Assembly: GCA_051294375.1 (NCBI GenBank)
Contig: CM119270.1
Coordinates: 16,081,562-16,145,561 of the forward strand
Length of the DNA stretch: 64,000 bases
From: Paraspadella gotoi
Lineage: Eukaryota; Animalia; Chaetognatha
Direction: 5' to 3'
The stretch's first letter is position 1. Each line of letters begins with the position of its first letter. A program made the position numbers and the translations under genes. Positions 12,816-25,663 of the stretch are shown piece by piece. A model generated the notes under the pieces. The model made no database searches and was not told where the DNA came from. It saw only the letters and a list, made by a program, of their open reading frames with translations.

Positions 12816-13429
12816 CACCGGGCTAGAATCCCCGGACCTTTGGGTTGGGAGGCGAATGACTTGCCTCCGCCACGCAATCGGCCGAATGATGAACGGTTGG
12901 TGGATTTTAGTCCACCATAATATTTTTTTTATTATATTTTTTTATATTTTGTTCAGTGCGAGAGGGGGAAAAAAGAAAGAAGATAGAGAGAGAGAGAGAG
13001 TGCGTTAGAGATATAAGTATGTATAAGCACAATATTATGCAATATTGCCAATAAAGCAGATCAATCATTTTAGTTCAAACTTGTTTGTAACATAAAAAAC
13101 CATATGGATTTAAAAAAAAGTAGACTTAAATTTAAAGAAAAACAACAAAAATATAAGAAATAATTTTTTTAGTTTTATAGAATTAAAAAAGTTTAATTTA
13201 TATTTTAATTTAGCTTATAATTACAGTTTTTTTTCAGATAGATAAAATCTTTTGTTCAACTCAGATTTTATTTTCATATATTAAAAAGAATAATTAAAAA
13301 AATAAATATGTAATTTTTTTCATAGATTCTCGACCAAAGAGGAAGAGAGAACAAAAGAAAACCAAAAAATAAAAGAAGAGAATAAGAAAAAGTGAATGAA
13401 AAAATTAAGAGCAAACAATTTTAAATTTT

Positions 13430-14429
13430 AAATATTATGGGTTAAAATAAGTAAAAAGAGTCAAGTAAATGTGACTCATATTTTTTTCATTTAAACTCAT
13501 TTCCACTCGTACCGAAACTTTATATCAAGCTTCGTCACACATTTTCCTACCCACACACAAAATTTGAACTCAATCTATCCATCCAATTATGATTAATTAG
13601 AGTATTTATTGGTTAAAATATGTAAAAAGATTTTGGTAAATGCGATTTATGTTTTTTCCATTTAAACTCATATCCACTCACACGATTCCGTCGAAACTTT
13701 ATATCCAGCTTCATCACACATGTTCCTACCCATACACAAAATTTCATTCCGATCCAACCAGCCAATCTCGAGTTATTGGGGCTTTTTGCTAAGGTGGGAT
13801 GGATGGACGGATTGATTGATTGAATAATTAATTAGTTATTAATTAATTGACTAATTGATTAATTAACTGATTAATTATTTGATTTATTAATACATCCTGC
13901 ATATACATTTAATATAAAAGGAAAAAAAATCATAATCAATTAGTGAAACAGGTTTTTTGTTTTTTTCCATTTAAACTCATTTCCACTCAAACTATTCCAT
14001 CGAAACTTGGTTTCCTGTTCAATCACACACTTTCCTACTCACATACAAAATTCCAGGTCAATCGCCCCATCCACTCATGAGCAATTGGTGTTCAAATAGT
14101 GAATTATATGTTTTTGTTTTTTCCATTTAAACTCATTTCCACTCGGACGATTCCATCGAAACTTCATATACAGCTCAATCACACACTTCCCTACCCACAC
14201 AAAATCTCATTCCAATCCATCCATTCAATCACGAGTAATTGGTGTTTTTTGCTAAGGTGGGACGGACGGACGGACGGACGGACGGACGGACAGACAGACG
14301 GACGGACATCATTTTTTTGCATAATTTATCATAATTCGATGTTCTGACATGATATAAGTTAGTGCCCGACAATATTGAGGGGGCGCACGAATTATAGAGT
14401 CGGGATCTGCTGATAAGCAGATCCGACTA
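13430..14429 (-). mobile_element. DINE-1/HINE-like element with internal tandem blocks and (GGAC)n
   Basis: Terminal hairpin GTCGGGATCTGCTGATAAGCAGATCCGAC followed by an A-run; (GGAC)n at 14260-14305; repeated TTCCATTTAAACTCATTTCCACTC blocks. Confidence 0.7.
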
Positions 14430-14775
14430 AAAAAAGAAATTATTGTAAAAGATTGCTACATTTACTCCACATGCATCGGTTCAGGAGAAGAAATAAGATT
14501 GAAAAAAAAAAAGACACACAATTGCGTCGATGATTGAAGAATTTGAAAAAAAGATTTAATTTCGGACAGAAACCGGTTGGAACTTTCGGGGGAAAATTGG
14601 AAAAACCGGCTCGAATAAACCAAAATCTAACTATGGAAGTACATCGAGTTAAATAAAAAAACCTGGCATGATTAGTCACAAAGCTATAAAAAGTTTTTAT
14701 AGATAGGCATTGTATTAATCCTTTCAGCTTCGTTGAGTTTAGAGATTTAAGCAAAATTTGAAAATAATTTCATCA

Positions 14776-14817
14776 ACGCTGATGAAGACTCGAAATAAAG
14801 AGTCGAAACATGTCCGT
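14776..14817 (+). ncRNA. Minimal hammerhead ribozyme in a Penelope-type palindrome (14748-14860)
   Basis: ACG-CTGATGA-aGACTC-gaaataaa-GAGTC-GAAAC-AT-GTC-CGT: stems I and II and a palindromic stem III are present; predicted cleavage after C14814. Confidence 0.8.
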
Positions 14818-16142
14818 ACACAAATAAAATCGTTGATGAAATTATTTTCAAATTTTGCTTATAGATAGGCAAAATTGACTGAAATTTAGCGTAAAGGTTA
14901 GTACAATAAAATGGCTTCTCAAAATATGCTAATTTTCTAAATACGAGTCTTCGCGATCGAGAAACTTCTTTTGTAGGATTTATTTTAGTGGAGACACCTG
15001 GATTTTTCCTTTCGGATTTTTTAAACTGTTGTCAACAAAAAATAATTTTCTATTAAAAAAACTTTTAAAAATTGTGATTAAAGACGTTTTTAAAATTAAA
15101 GTGATCCGTTTTATCGAAATGAACTTAATCGGTTTTTCTTTTGGTAAATATATCATCCAAACTTTACATGTTTTCTTAATACCTCATAATTCAGCTTAGT
15201 ATTTGTTTGTAAATTAATATTTACATACTCATATTCTTTAACATTGCAATAAGTTTTGTTTAATATAATGTAAAGTCCAGACGACCATAAGATAAGAGAG
15301 ATATTGACTTTCGTCTCGTCGTCTCTCAATCGCGATCATTCGGGATTCGTCTTCATCTTCCGTATTTCTTCCATATTTATTCTGTGATTAATTGTAACAG
15401 TCCGTGTTTTATAGTGATTATTATGAATATTATTGTCTGATATAGATATTGCAGTCAAGGCAAGAGCAACTGGAATATATATCTATCTATCAAGACGCCA
15501 ACTGGATAAGAACTTTAAAAACTTTATGGCGCCCGTGATTCCGGTCTTCAGTCCGGTTTATCTCCCGACATTTTCTCCCTCTCCGCTAGGTCGAGAAGGG
15601 GGTTCTTTTCAATAATATTCAATTACTCGGCGTTTGGCAGATTTTTTTTTCAGGTTAACGATTCGGGACGATTTCCAAAGGGCTTTAGGGGGGATTATCA
15701 TTTTGGTTGAAAATCATTTCTGTCTTTTTCTTACAGGTAGTAGTTTATTGATAATCATATCGCTTTGATAATTATTTTTTATATTAATTTTCTTTTTAAT
15801 AGGCGGCTTAGAGAGAACGTGGGTTGAAGAGGGGGTTATTGAAGTATATTACAAAGGCTTAGGCGACGTATGAACTTGGAGAATTTTGTATTACAGAGGT
15901 GAATTTCCAAGTAATAGTAATAAATTTGTTGTAAAAATATTAAAAACTTTCGTTTTTCTAATCTGCTAATCTTATGAACAACGAAAATGGAGAAAATACA
16001 CAATGTCAAGGTCTACACAAAGATTTGCTCTCAAATATTATAATAATATTATATTATTATTATAGTTTAGAGATGAAACAAAAAAATCGTTGGAATAGCA
16101 ATTTTTATTTTTATTATTGAACATGTTTCGACTCTTCACTTG

Positions 16143-16181
16143 CTGATGAAGAATCGTACCACTAAGAGTCGAAACATGTTC
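16143..16181 (+). ncRNA. Hammerhead-like motif in a ~175-bp palindrome (16063-16237)
   Basis: CTGATGAAGAATC..GAGTCGAAACATGTT with ~75-bp inverted arms; stem II mismatch and GUU site, so possibly inactive. Confidence 0.6.
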
Positions 16182-16296
16182 AATAATAAAAATAAAAATT
16201 GCTATTCCAACGATTTTTTCGTTTCATCTCTAAACTATTTTAAATAGCAAAAAAGAAAGTCAAAATACAATATTATTATTATAATAATATTAATAT

Positions 16297-16530
16297 TATG
16301 GTGGACTAAAATCCACCAACCGTTCATCAGCGGCCATTGGAGCCGGAGGCAAGTCATTCGCCTCCCAACCCAAAGGTCCGGGGTTCTAGCCCGGTGGTCG
16401 TCTGGCAGTTAAGAGGGATGGGGCGCTTAACTCGCCTGTAACATGGTGTTACAGCCTGATCCGAAGCTCAGGGACTGCTTATATTGAACGGTTCTGTCAC
16501 TAACACATAACAATAAATACTGTCTCTTCA
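16297..16530 (+). mobile_element. Family C tRNA-containing solo-LTR-like element, ATAT TSD
   Basis: atat|TATGGTGG...TCTCTTCA|atat; tRNA-like segment GCGGCCA..TCGCCTCCCAA..GGGTTCTAGCCCGGTGGTCG. Confidence 0.8.
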
Positions 16531-16610
16531 ATATTACGATTCTATAAATTCGTTTGATTTTAGAATAACGAAGGTTTCATTTTCGTTTTCAGCAATGGCA
16601 ACTCGAATTT

Positions 16611-18720
16611 TTATTTATAGTAAAAATATGAACATTTTTTTGGGTGCATCTCCGGCATCAAATTTGTAATGGATCTGGCCGCGATCCAGAGAGAAATCTC
16701 GATGGAAGTGAGCTTCACTATCCTTTGCCGCTCTATTACCCACTGATGAAACACATTGCCGACTGAATTTGCTCCATAACAAAGTTATCTCGCACGTTGG
16801 TAGAGACCTCGTCGATGGCGCCGGCGAAAAAATCGGCGTCGAAATGTCGCCGAATCTCGCGTCTGAGCAGCTCGTAGTCGACCTCGATACGATGACAGGG
16901 TATTTGATAAGGGGTGAACTTAGGCAAAGATTTTTTCTTAAATAGGTAATAGACAATTTTTGGTTTACCTAGTAGTTAACTGAAAAAGTAGGCAATTTTT
17001 AATTGAGGAAAAGATCTTTAAAACTAAGACATAACTGATAAACTTATGATCTAATTTGCTAAGATTTCAAAGGGAAAGGTTATCTTTAATAATTGAAGCC
17101 AAATGATATTAAATATTGTATTAAATATTAAATATTGTATTAAATATTAAATATTCAGTCTAATTGTATTCTATTGTAGTCTAACTAGTGTTGTATTTCG
17201 ATTTCCAGAAGACAACACAGACCTCCTCCTCCAAAATGAGTTATTAGATATAATAAGCAAATATATTAAAAAAAAATAATATATATATAATTTAAATAAT
17301 ATAGTTTAAATAGTAAAGCATTACCTTCACCTGTCTCAATCTGACCCACTGTCTTTTTCTCAACTTTGTTGGAACGTTTATCTCTCTTCTTTTCTCTCTC
17401 TCTCCTCTTCTCTCTCTCTCAACTTTCTCTCTCTTCTCTCTCTCTCTGACTCAATGTTAAGAGAAAAATTTGTCTGATTATTCAAACGCTGATGAAGGCT
17501 TATACATAAAGCCGAAACATGTCCCATGTAAAATAAAACTTGTTATAAATAAACAAATAAACTTTGTTTTTCTCTAAGTTTAAATAGTAAAACATTCATA
17601 AAATATAAAAATATAAGATATTGAAATAAGTAATTTTGCAAATTTTCATATAAAATTAAAAAAGTAACAAATAGGATATTTTTTCGGTATTAATTTTTAA
17701 ACAAAATCTTTATCAAATATAAAACTTTAATATTGCTCAACTGAAATTCAATTAGTTTTAGCCCAAATATTTTTAATGAAGCATAAAATATTTATAAAAA
17801 AAAAAGTAATAGCTAAAACTAATATTTGGTGTTTGAGTTGAATGGGTTGGAGTCTATTATATAGTTGTTTTAATTAAAAATAAACATTTTTCCAGTATGT
17901 TTCAAGAATGTTATTTTTACTTTGAGTTAACAATCTTTGTTAATGATGAAAAAAATAGAAGGAGAATTTTTTTAGATATTTTTTTTTAATTGGAAAATCA
18001 TATCCATAGGATATTTACTTTCCATATCGAGCTCGAATTTTGTTAATATAAACAGCTAGGGAGTAAATTGATATTGAGTAATCCATATCATATTCTGCAA
18101 AGAATTCTAATGAGCTTTGACATTCTAAATAAGATACAAAACATTTTTGGGCGACTGAGTCTTGTATTCATTTTTATATCATCTTTGATCAAGGTTTTAA
18201 TCTCCAAATCATATCAGGATACAACTGAATATGTTACATTGCAAATCTTTTTAAATGTATGCATCCTTATTGTTATTACTAATTTCTTATATTATCTGTT
18301 AATTTTTATTTATCAATGAATAATCTTCTTAAAATTTTATTGTTCTGGGTCTGGTAGTAGCCAAGTAGTTTACAAACTTAATGCTGATACTCATATTTCA
18401 TGCCATCCTGCAAAAGTATTTTTTGGGCTTAAAATATAGTAATAACAAATTGAAAATATAGTTGATAACGAAATTATAACAATAAAAGAAAATATATTGT
18501 TTTTTTATCTTTAAAAATAAATATAAGCAAAATATTTTGATTCAGAAATTGCCTATATTTATTAAGAAAAATCATTTCTTTACCTAGGAATTTCAGTAAC
18601 ACTTTGCTCAGTTAATCAGGACAAAAATATTACCTAAGTTCACCCCTTAAGTATTTGATGAAATCTCGCGGAGCTCGGCGATTCTTTGGCCGCAGTGGGT
18701 CGCCGATGGTTCATTCCCAT
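16611..18720 (-). pseudogene. Small gene (~97 aa, unknown function) interrupted within an exon by hAT-like copy 2
   Basis: Joining 18720-18651 to 16899-16740 restores MGMNHRRPTAAKESPSSARFHQIPCHRIEVDYELLRREIRRHF...CFISG; a 65-nt GT-AG intron leads to last exon 16674-16611 with TAA and AATAAA. Confidence 0.55.
16908..18649 (-). mobile_element. Non-autonomous hAT-like DNA transposon, copy 2 (inverted relative to copy 1)
   Basis: Same TIRs; TSD GTATTTGA at 16900-16907 and 18651-18658 (one extra A); near-identical to 11062-12815. Confidence 0.9.
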
Positions 18721-19136
18721 TCCATCTTCAGACGTATTTATTAGCCAATTAAATAAGATATGCAAGAATATGTTCGACGTTTACAGATTTTTCATCAAGA
18801 GCTAATAAATTTAAGCAAAAAAACTACAAAGTCAGGGTTATATATTAAGGACTTAAGAAAAATGGGAATTAAATTTTTTAATAATTATAGAGGAGCTAAT
18901 AAATAAATATAATGTTACTGATGTTAATCTATTTTCAAAAAAGATTATACATGATAGTTTCTAATAAAAATGACAAGAAAAAATAACAAAAAATAAACCA
19001 TAAGTAATAATTATAATAAATAACATCACAATATTATTAAATAACTTATTTAATTTATTAACTTATTTAACTCTCTGATTTAATTAATTTTTTAACTTTT
19101 ACCAATTAACTTATTTTAACTTTACATTAACATACC

Positions 19137-20340
19137 CTAGTTGTAGTTCATTCAAATAGCGATGTCGCCGGCGATTCACGCACGAGTTGCAGGTGTGGTT
19201 CAAGTTGGTGGCACTTCGCCATGGCGATATCGCCAGGGTTTTTGGCGATGTCGCCAGTCCCCCCACTGGCGACCTCGCCAGTGATAAAAGTAGCGAATAT
19301 AATGAAAAGCGCAGCTAACACGGGTGAGCATCACCTTACGGCTCATCTCCCAACCCTAACCCTAACAAACCTCCCGTTAACTCTGTGCCTCTCCCTAACC
19401 CTACCCGGGCCTGGGCCTCCCGTACATCTCCATGCCTCAACCCTAACCCTAACCGCTTTGATGATCAACCACGGGCCCTCCCCCAACCCGTACCCAACCA
19501 GCCTTCCGTCAACTCTGTGCCTCTCCCTAACCCTAACCCAGGCTCAGTCCCGTACATCTCCGTGCCTCAACCCTAACCCTAACCGCCTTCGATGCATCAA
19601 CCACGGGCCCCTCCCCCAACCCTAACCCTAAAACTAAGCCTCCCGTTCAACTCCAGGCCTTCTCCCCTAACCCTACCCAGGCCCAGCCTCCCGTACATCT
19701 CCGTGCCTCAACCCTAACCCTAACCGCCTTCGATAATCACACCATGGGTCCCTCCCGCAACCCTAACCCTAAACCAAGCCTCCCGTTCAACTCCATGCCT
19801 CTCCCCTAACCCTACAACCAGGCCCGCCTCCCGTACATCTCCGTACCTCAACCCTAACCCTAATTGCCTTCGATATATACCCAGCGGGCCTCTTCATCCC
19901 AACCATAACCCTAAAACCGGGCCAGGCCTCCCGTACATCCCGTACCTCAACCCTAACCCTAATGCCTTCGATATATAACCACGGGCCTCTCTCCCAACCC
20001 TAACCTAAACCGGCGGCCCAGGCCTCCCGTACATCTCCGTGCCTCAACCTACCCTAACGCGGCCTCTTGGTCATCAACAACTAACCCTCCATACCCTATC
20101 CCTAAAATTGACATTAACTAATAGCTAAAATAACTACTTAACCTCAACCCTAGACCCTAACCCTAAAACTACTCAACCCTAACCCTAAAACTACTCAATC
20201 AGCTAAACCCTAAACTACTGACCTACTAGTCCCTAACCCTAAAACCAACTCAACCTAACCCTACCCTAATCTGAGTTTATTTAGGCAGAAATCGCCATAA
20301 CTAGAACGTAGATGTAGTTCAGCAGCTAAACGCCAAATGC
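19137..20340 (+). repeat. ~1.2-kb dispersed element with (CCCTAA)2-containing higher-order satellite, copy 1
   Basis: GGCGATATCGCC-type palindromes and CTAG at the ends; ~140-bp and ~95-bp units each built from ~45-bp monomers carrying two telomeric repeats. Confidence 0.85.
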
Positions 20341-20361
20341 GGGGACTCATGGCTAAGCGCG

Positions 20362-21565
20362 ATTTGCGATTCGCACTGAACTACATCTAAGCTTTCTAGT
20401 TAAGGCGATTTCCGCCTAAAATAAACTCAGATTTAGGTTTAGGGTTAGGGTGAGTTGGTTTAGGGTTAGGGTTGCAGTAGTAGTAGTTAGGTTAGGGTGA
20501 GTAGTTTAAGGGTTAGGTTGAGTAGTTTAAGGGTTATGGGTAGGGTTGAGTTAAGTTAAGTTTATTTTAGGCTTATTATTAATGTCAATTTTAGGGTATA
20601 GGGGTAGGGAGGGTGTTGTTATGACCAAGAGGCCCGCGTTATGGTTACGGGTTGAGGCACGGAGATGTACGGTGCTGGGCCCGTTAGGGTTAGGGTGTGG
20701 GGAAGGCTTGGGTATATATATACGAAGGCAGTTAGGTAGAGGTCGAATTACGGGAAGGCCCTGGGCCGGTTTAGGTTAGGGATTGGGATGAGAGAGCCCC
20801 TCCCCCCGTGGGTTATACTATGAAGGCATTAGGGTTAGGGTTGAGGTTCACGGAGATGTACGGTGCGGCTCGGCCTGTTTAAGTATGGAGACCATGGATT
20901 TGAACGGAGGCTTGGTTAGGGTTAGGGTTGCGGGAGGGACCCATTGGTTTAATTACATCAATCTTGCGGTTAGGTTAGGGTGTGACGGCACGGAGATGTA
21001 ACGGGAGGTGGGCCTGGGTTGGGTTTAGGGGAAGCATGGAGTGAACGGGAGGCTTAGTTTAGGGTTAGGTTGGGGGAGGGCCCTGTGGTGATGCATCGAA
21101 GGCGGTTAGCGGTTAGGGGTTGAGGCACGAGATGTACGGAGCCGCTGAGCTGGGTTTAGGGTTGGGAAGAGGCACAGAGTTGAACGGAAGGCTTGGTTTA
21201 GGGTTAGGGTGGGGGGAGGGGCCGTGGTTATGCATCAAGGCGTTAGGTTAGGTTGAGGCATGAGATGTACGGGAGGCCCTAGGCCCGGGTTAGGGTTACG
21301 TGAGAGGCACAGAGTGAACGGGAGGTTTGGTTAGGGTTAAGGGTTGGGAGAGGAGCCTGAAGGTTGATGCTTCACCCCGTGTTAGCTGCGCTTTTCATTA
21401 TATTCGCCTACTTTTGATCACTGGCTGAGGTCGCCATGGTGATGAATCTATCCCAAAACTTTCCTGGCGATATCGCCATGCGCGAAGGTCGCCACTGAAC
21501 CAACACGCTGCAACTCGTGCGGTGATATCGCCGGCGACATCGCTATTTGAAGAACTACAACTTGA
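20362..21565 (-). repeat. Same telomeric-repeat element, copy 2 (inverted, adjacent, error-rich)
   Basis: Reverse complement of 19137-20340 with many indels. Confidence 0.8.
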
Positions 21566-21937
21566 GTTCTACGTGAGTTCGTCAACTGTCAAGCCTAACT
21601 ACGGCCCTTGTTCAATCCCTCGGGAGCCACAGTCCCGCCGTGGGACATCCTCTTGGCCTTCAAATGCCGAGACCACGCGCCATGGGACAATCTCTTCTGC
21701 TCGGCTATTCAAGTGAGTTCGAGAGTCCCGCGGACCCGCCCCATTGACAAATTGTTTTCACATGCGACAATCCAGAGCGGTACTTAGGCTCAGAGAAGAA
21801 ACTTCCCCTTACCTGCAGACGCGTGCTCGTAGAGGAGTAGTTCGAGTCGACCTGCGGGACCGCGAACCTACCAATGGTTCGACGCACTGCATTAACCGGT
21901 GATTTGAAAGCCGCAGTCCCGCCTGTGGACCCGCTAC

Positions 21938-22037
21938 NNNNNNNNNNNNNNNNNNNNNNNNNNNNNNNNNNNNNNNNNNNNNNNNNNNNNNNNNNNNNNN
22001 NNNNNNNNNNNNNNNNNNNNNNNNNNNNNNNNNNNNN
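21938..22037. other. Scaffold gap (100 N)
   Basis: Direct observation; degenerate CAGTCCCGCC..GGGAC repeats on both sides. Confidence 1.
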
Positions 22038-24339
22038 AGAAGAAGTAGATGGACCGCAGTCCCACCATGGGACAACCACGCAGCATTCCAATACCAATCT
22101 TTCAATTCGAACCAAACCCCGCGGCCGTCTTGCTTTTCATGCCTGTCCCGCGTGTTTAAAACTAGCTACACGGGGACGGGCTCACCCTAACACTTTTGTT
22201 ACTCTCACCATGGAGTCCTCAAACATTGGGAATAAAATACATGTTATTACTATGCTTAATTGGGCCATGAATCTTGTAGGCCAGTCCAAAGGATAACATC
22301 AAAGCACATCCCGTACCCTCTTCCGACCCCCCGACCGCAGTTGGTGATCTGACGATCAATTTACGCGGCCGTAAACGTTTTTTCCATGACTTCTCCGGCC
22401 GAATTCCGCAGTAACTAGTCGTTCAACTCCCGATGATTCGCGGAACTTTTGTGCATCGATCCGCGAAGGTAAAAACTGACGCTGAATCAACCATTGCGTG
22501 TGACCAAAAGCCGCCCCCCCTTTTGGGGGGGGGGCAAGCGCTGCCCTGTCCGTTCAGGCGTCCTCAGCGCGCCGAGCCACAGCACGCCGAAGTTGTTTTA
22601 TTTGAAAACCATCAAATTCCCCGGGACCTAGCGAAGGTCCCGAAGGATAGCGGCAAAGGCCCGAGTTTCCCCGAAAGCCCTGCCATCATACTGCGGAAAT
22701 AGATACCGGGTGAGGCTGCGACTGTTTTGAGAGAAGGACGTATGTTGCGAATAAAACGTAGCAGAAGCCCCTTTGACAGGGGATATTTACGAATATGCAT
22801 CCGGAGCTTTTTAATCTTTGTCGCCCATTTCGGACCTGCACTACCCAAGGCCCGGACTTTTCCCGCTCACCCCCCGCGCTTTGGTAGATTGATGAAAGGG
22901 TAGGCGGGCAAGATTTCCCAGCCCGTTTTTTGCATTTCGTTGGGAGAACACCTTCAAAGCCACATATGCCGAGAAAATTGTATTCAGTCCCGTGTTAATA
23001 GCTCGCTCTTGCCGACACGAGAAGATATCAAGAAGCGATGGTCGTCCTCGTGGGTTCCGAAAGAGGGGACGTAGTGACTTTAAATCTTGTCCTAAACCCC
23101 GTTTTTTGGTCAGGGTAAAACCTTGGTCTGTCTGACGCGTTTTTGCCTTGTGTACGCGCCGGATTGTCATCCCAGATCACCCTATCTAATCTCTGACGGC
23201 TTCAAAATTCCCGGCGGGCGACGAGGTCACATAACGTAGACTTCGAGGCTGGAGACGCTACACTGCGCGTGTAGGGACCGTCGATAGGGACAAAAAACTA
23301 TTTCAAGTTTTTTTGCTTCAAAGGCGTATTCTGCGCTGAAACCGGAATGGCAGAAAAGCCATGAACCGGCCAATGTGAACAGAATACGCAACACCGTAGC
23401 GCGAAGTAGCGGTCGTCCATCCAACTACGTAGATCATCCGGGAGTTTAGCTTTGGGGAATCTGTAAGCAGGAAAAAGGTTATTACCCCGTACAGGCCCCT
23501 TCACGGAAATTTATCCAGCGATGTACCTACTGTACCCTCCCCTCCCTACGAAATTACCGTAGGAGAAGGAGTACGAACCACAGGAGACCGGGACCGAGTT
23601 GTGGGAAGAAGATGGGCTGTTGAAAGGGGTAAGAAGAGATCAATAAGAATCTCAACAGCGGTTCCGCCTCTACCGACCCTCTCTTCCATCTGCTCCGAGG
23701 CCGTTGTTCATTATTTTCCGGGCTTCGTGGGAAATCTCATTAGCGGGCATGCAGGGGCATCGGGCCAGTTTTTTCCATCAAGAATAGCGCACAGTTTTTT
23801 GTCTTGCGCGCCTGCGAAGGTCCTCTCCCCGTAGTTTGAAAGCGTCGTCATTGGAACCCCGTGCGTGTTCCAAAGTGTTTCACGAAGTCGTGCATAGGTT
23901 GCGTTGCAACCAATTGCAATTCATTTTTCGGAAACAACGGGTAAGCAGTCTCTTTTCCACAGCGATTTTTACCATTTTTCGTTCGCGGATTTGCCCATGT
24001 ATTCCTTTCCGCGGGGTTTTCTCGTGGTAATTTTTGTTACATTCGAGCAAGTAACCATAGTTGCAAAAACACAAAATGTCGAATCCCTTGCTGCGAGATC
24101 GTCATAGCCTACCTAATAGTCAATTATGGCCATCCTCAGTCACGGTAGAGAAAAGTATAGGTCACCACGCGTGAAACTTAGGACTGACTTTACCGGTCCG
24201 TATTTTCCCTTCCCCAACGATCGAGACCAAACACCAGGGGATTATTTATTCTTCAAATATCGACTGCTTTACCAAAGAGCTTTTCATATCGCGGGTATTT
24301 GTTGATATTTCGTCGCCTGGATTTCGAATGCCGACAACA

Positions 24340-25500
24340 GGCCAGTCAAGGGTCGATACCCGTGCATGCACGACTATTTTTTTAAAATATTTTATTTTTT
24401 TTTTAACCCCGGATCCCTTGAGGTCAGGCGATCCGGCATATCTGCCTTAATATTAGAAAAATGCGATGGCGGACATGAGAAAAAGGCCTTAGAGAGAGAG
24501 GAACCAGCTTCCTCATCGCTCATAGATATCCAACTTAGAAGAGACGCCAAGCTGACGTCACGGCGGGTCCACGGGTGATACCCGCTCATGCAACTTTTAA
24601 ATATATATATTTAATTTTTACAATGCGACGATCAACGGAGTCCACGGACATTATCTGCTGGATAATTTATATTACAAATGGACGGTCGCGGGAATTTGAA
24701 GAAAAGCCTTAGGCGAGGGAGCGAAGGACCAGCTTCGCGATCGTGAATTTTCCCCTTAAGAGAAGCGGCCGCACTGACGGAGTCACGGCGAGTCAACGCT
24801 TCGATTACCCGTGCATGCAACCCACTTTTTTTAAATATTTTATTTTTTTTTAACCCGCCGGATCGCCCTGACGGAGTCACGGCGATTCTCGCGGACATTA
24901 TCTGCGCTTATTTTATATAGAATAATTGGCGACGGCGCGGGACAGAGAAAAGGCTGGCCCGCGCTTTTCTCTTTATACCTACGACATCCCCGTTACCGTA
25001 AATTGAAACGAAGCGAAATGAAGCCGGGTTTTGAACGTTCCTGTTTCATGAAATCTCCCCCGCGATCGCCCTGACGGAGTCACGGCGAATCACGGATCGA
25101 ATCCCACGCATAGCACAACTTTTTATTATTTTTTTAACACGTTTTGCCAGTCTCGCTTGCCTCGATCACTGCGGGAATCTTCAAAGTGAATGAACCAGGG
25201 TCCGACCGTTCACCGTTTCCATGAAAATTCTCCGCCCGCGATGCCCTGACGGAGTCACGGCGTATCACAGATGAATCCCACGCATGCACCACCTCTTTTA
25301 ATATTTTTCTAACAGCCGGTCTCCGTCTGCTTGCTCCATCAACGCGCGGGAATCTCAAATCTGCGTCGAACGATCGCCGGGATCGCGCGAAAATCCGTCT
25401 ATCGTATAGTGACACGTTGCCGCGCCCAGCGCTGCTCACGAAATCAGCGGCGGAATCTCAAATCTGCGGTCGACGTGCGCCGGTGAACCGCGACAGAACC
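24340..25500. repeat. Degenerate tandem repeat (~200-bp scale, core GATCGCCCTGACGGAGTCACGGCG)
   Basis: Core at about 24775, 24861, 25064 and 25240, with further diverged copies. Confidence 0.7.
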
Positions 25501-25663
25501 ATCATGGTCTACAGAAAGACCGTGCCGTCGTTGCCCCTCTACCCAGATTCCTGGGGAGGAGGAGCGTGACGGTCAAGGACCAATGCCCGTCTCCGGGCGA
25601 TCAAAAGTCCGACGCAGACAACGATGGCTCTCAGTCCCGAAGCCAGGTCGGGCGCGATACCAC

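Larger units (their letters stand above)
10920..12919 (-). mobile_element. Family C tRNA-containing element (ATAT TSD) split by a hAT-like insertion
   Basis: atat|TGAAGAG (10920)...CACCATA (12919)|atat; the two halves rejoin exactly after removing 11062-12823. Confidence 0.8.

Noticed and set aside
15430-15935. Small plus-strand multi-exon gene
   Set aside because: Coding-like patches exist, but the introns would be about 30 nt and the phases are inconsistent.
16325-16405. Functional tRNA genes in families B and C
   Set aside because: Stems are degenerate and they sit within dispersed repeats with TSDs; treated as tRNA-derived promoters.
19137-21565. True telomere or telomere-fusion site
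   Set aside because: There is no long pure (TTAGGG)n array; the repeats are dimers embedded in complex units with a third dispersed copy.
22300-24100. Tyrosine recombinase or transposase pseudogene
   Set aside because: Only vague motif resemblance in frameshifted, low-quality sequence; cannot be named.
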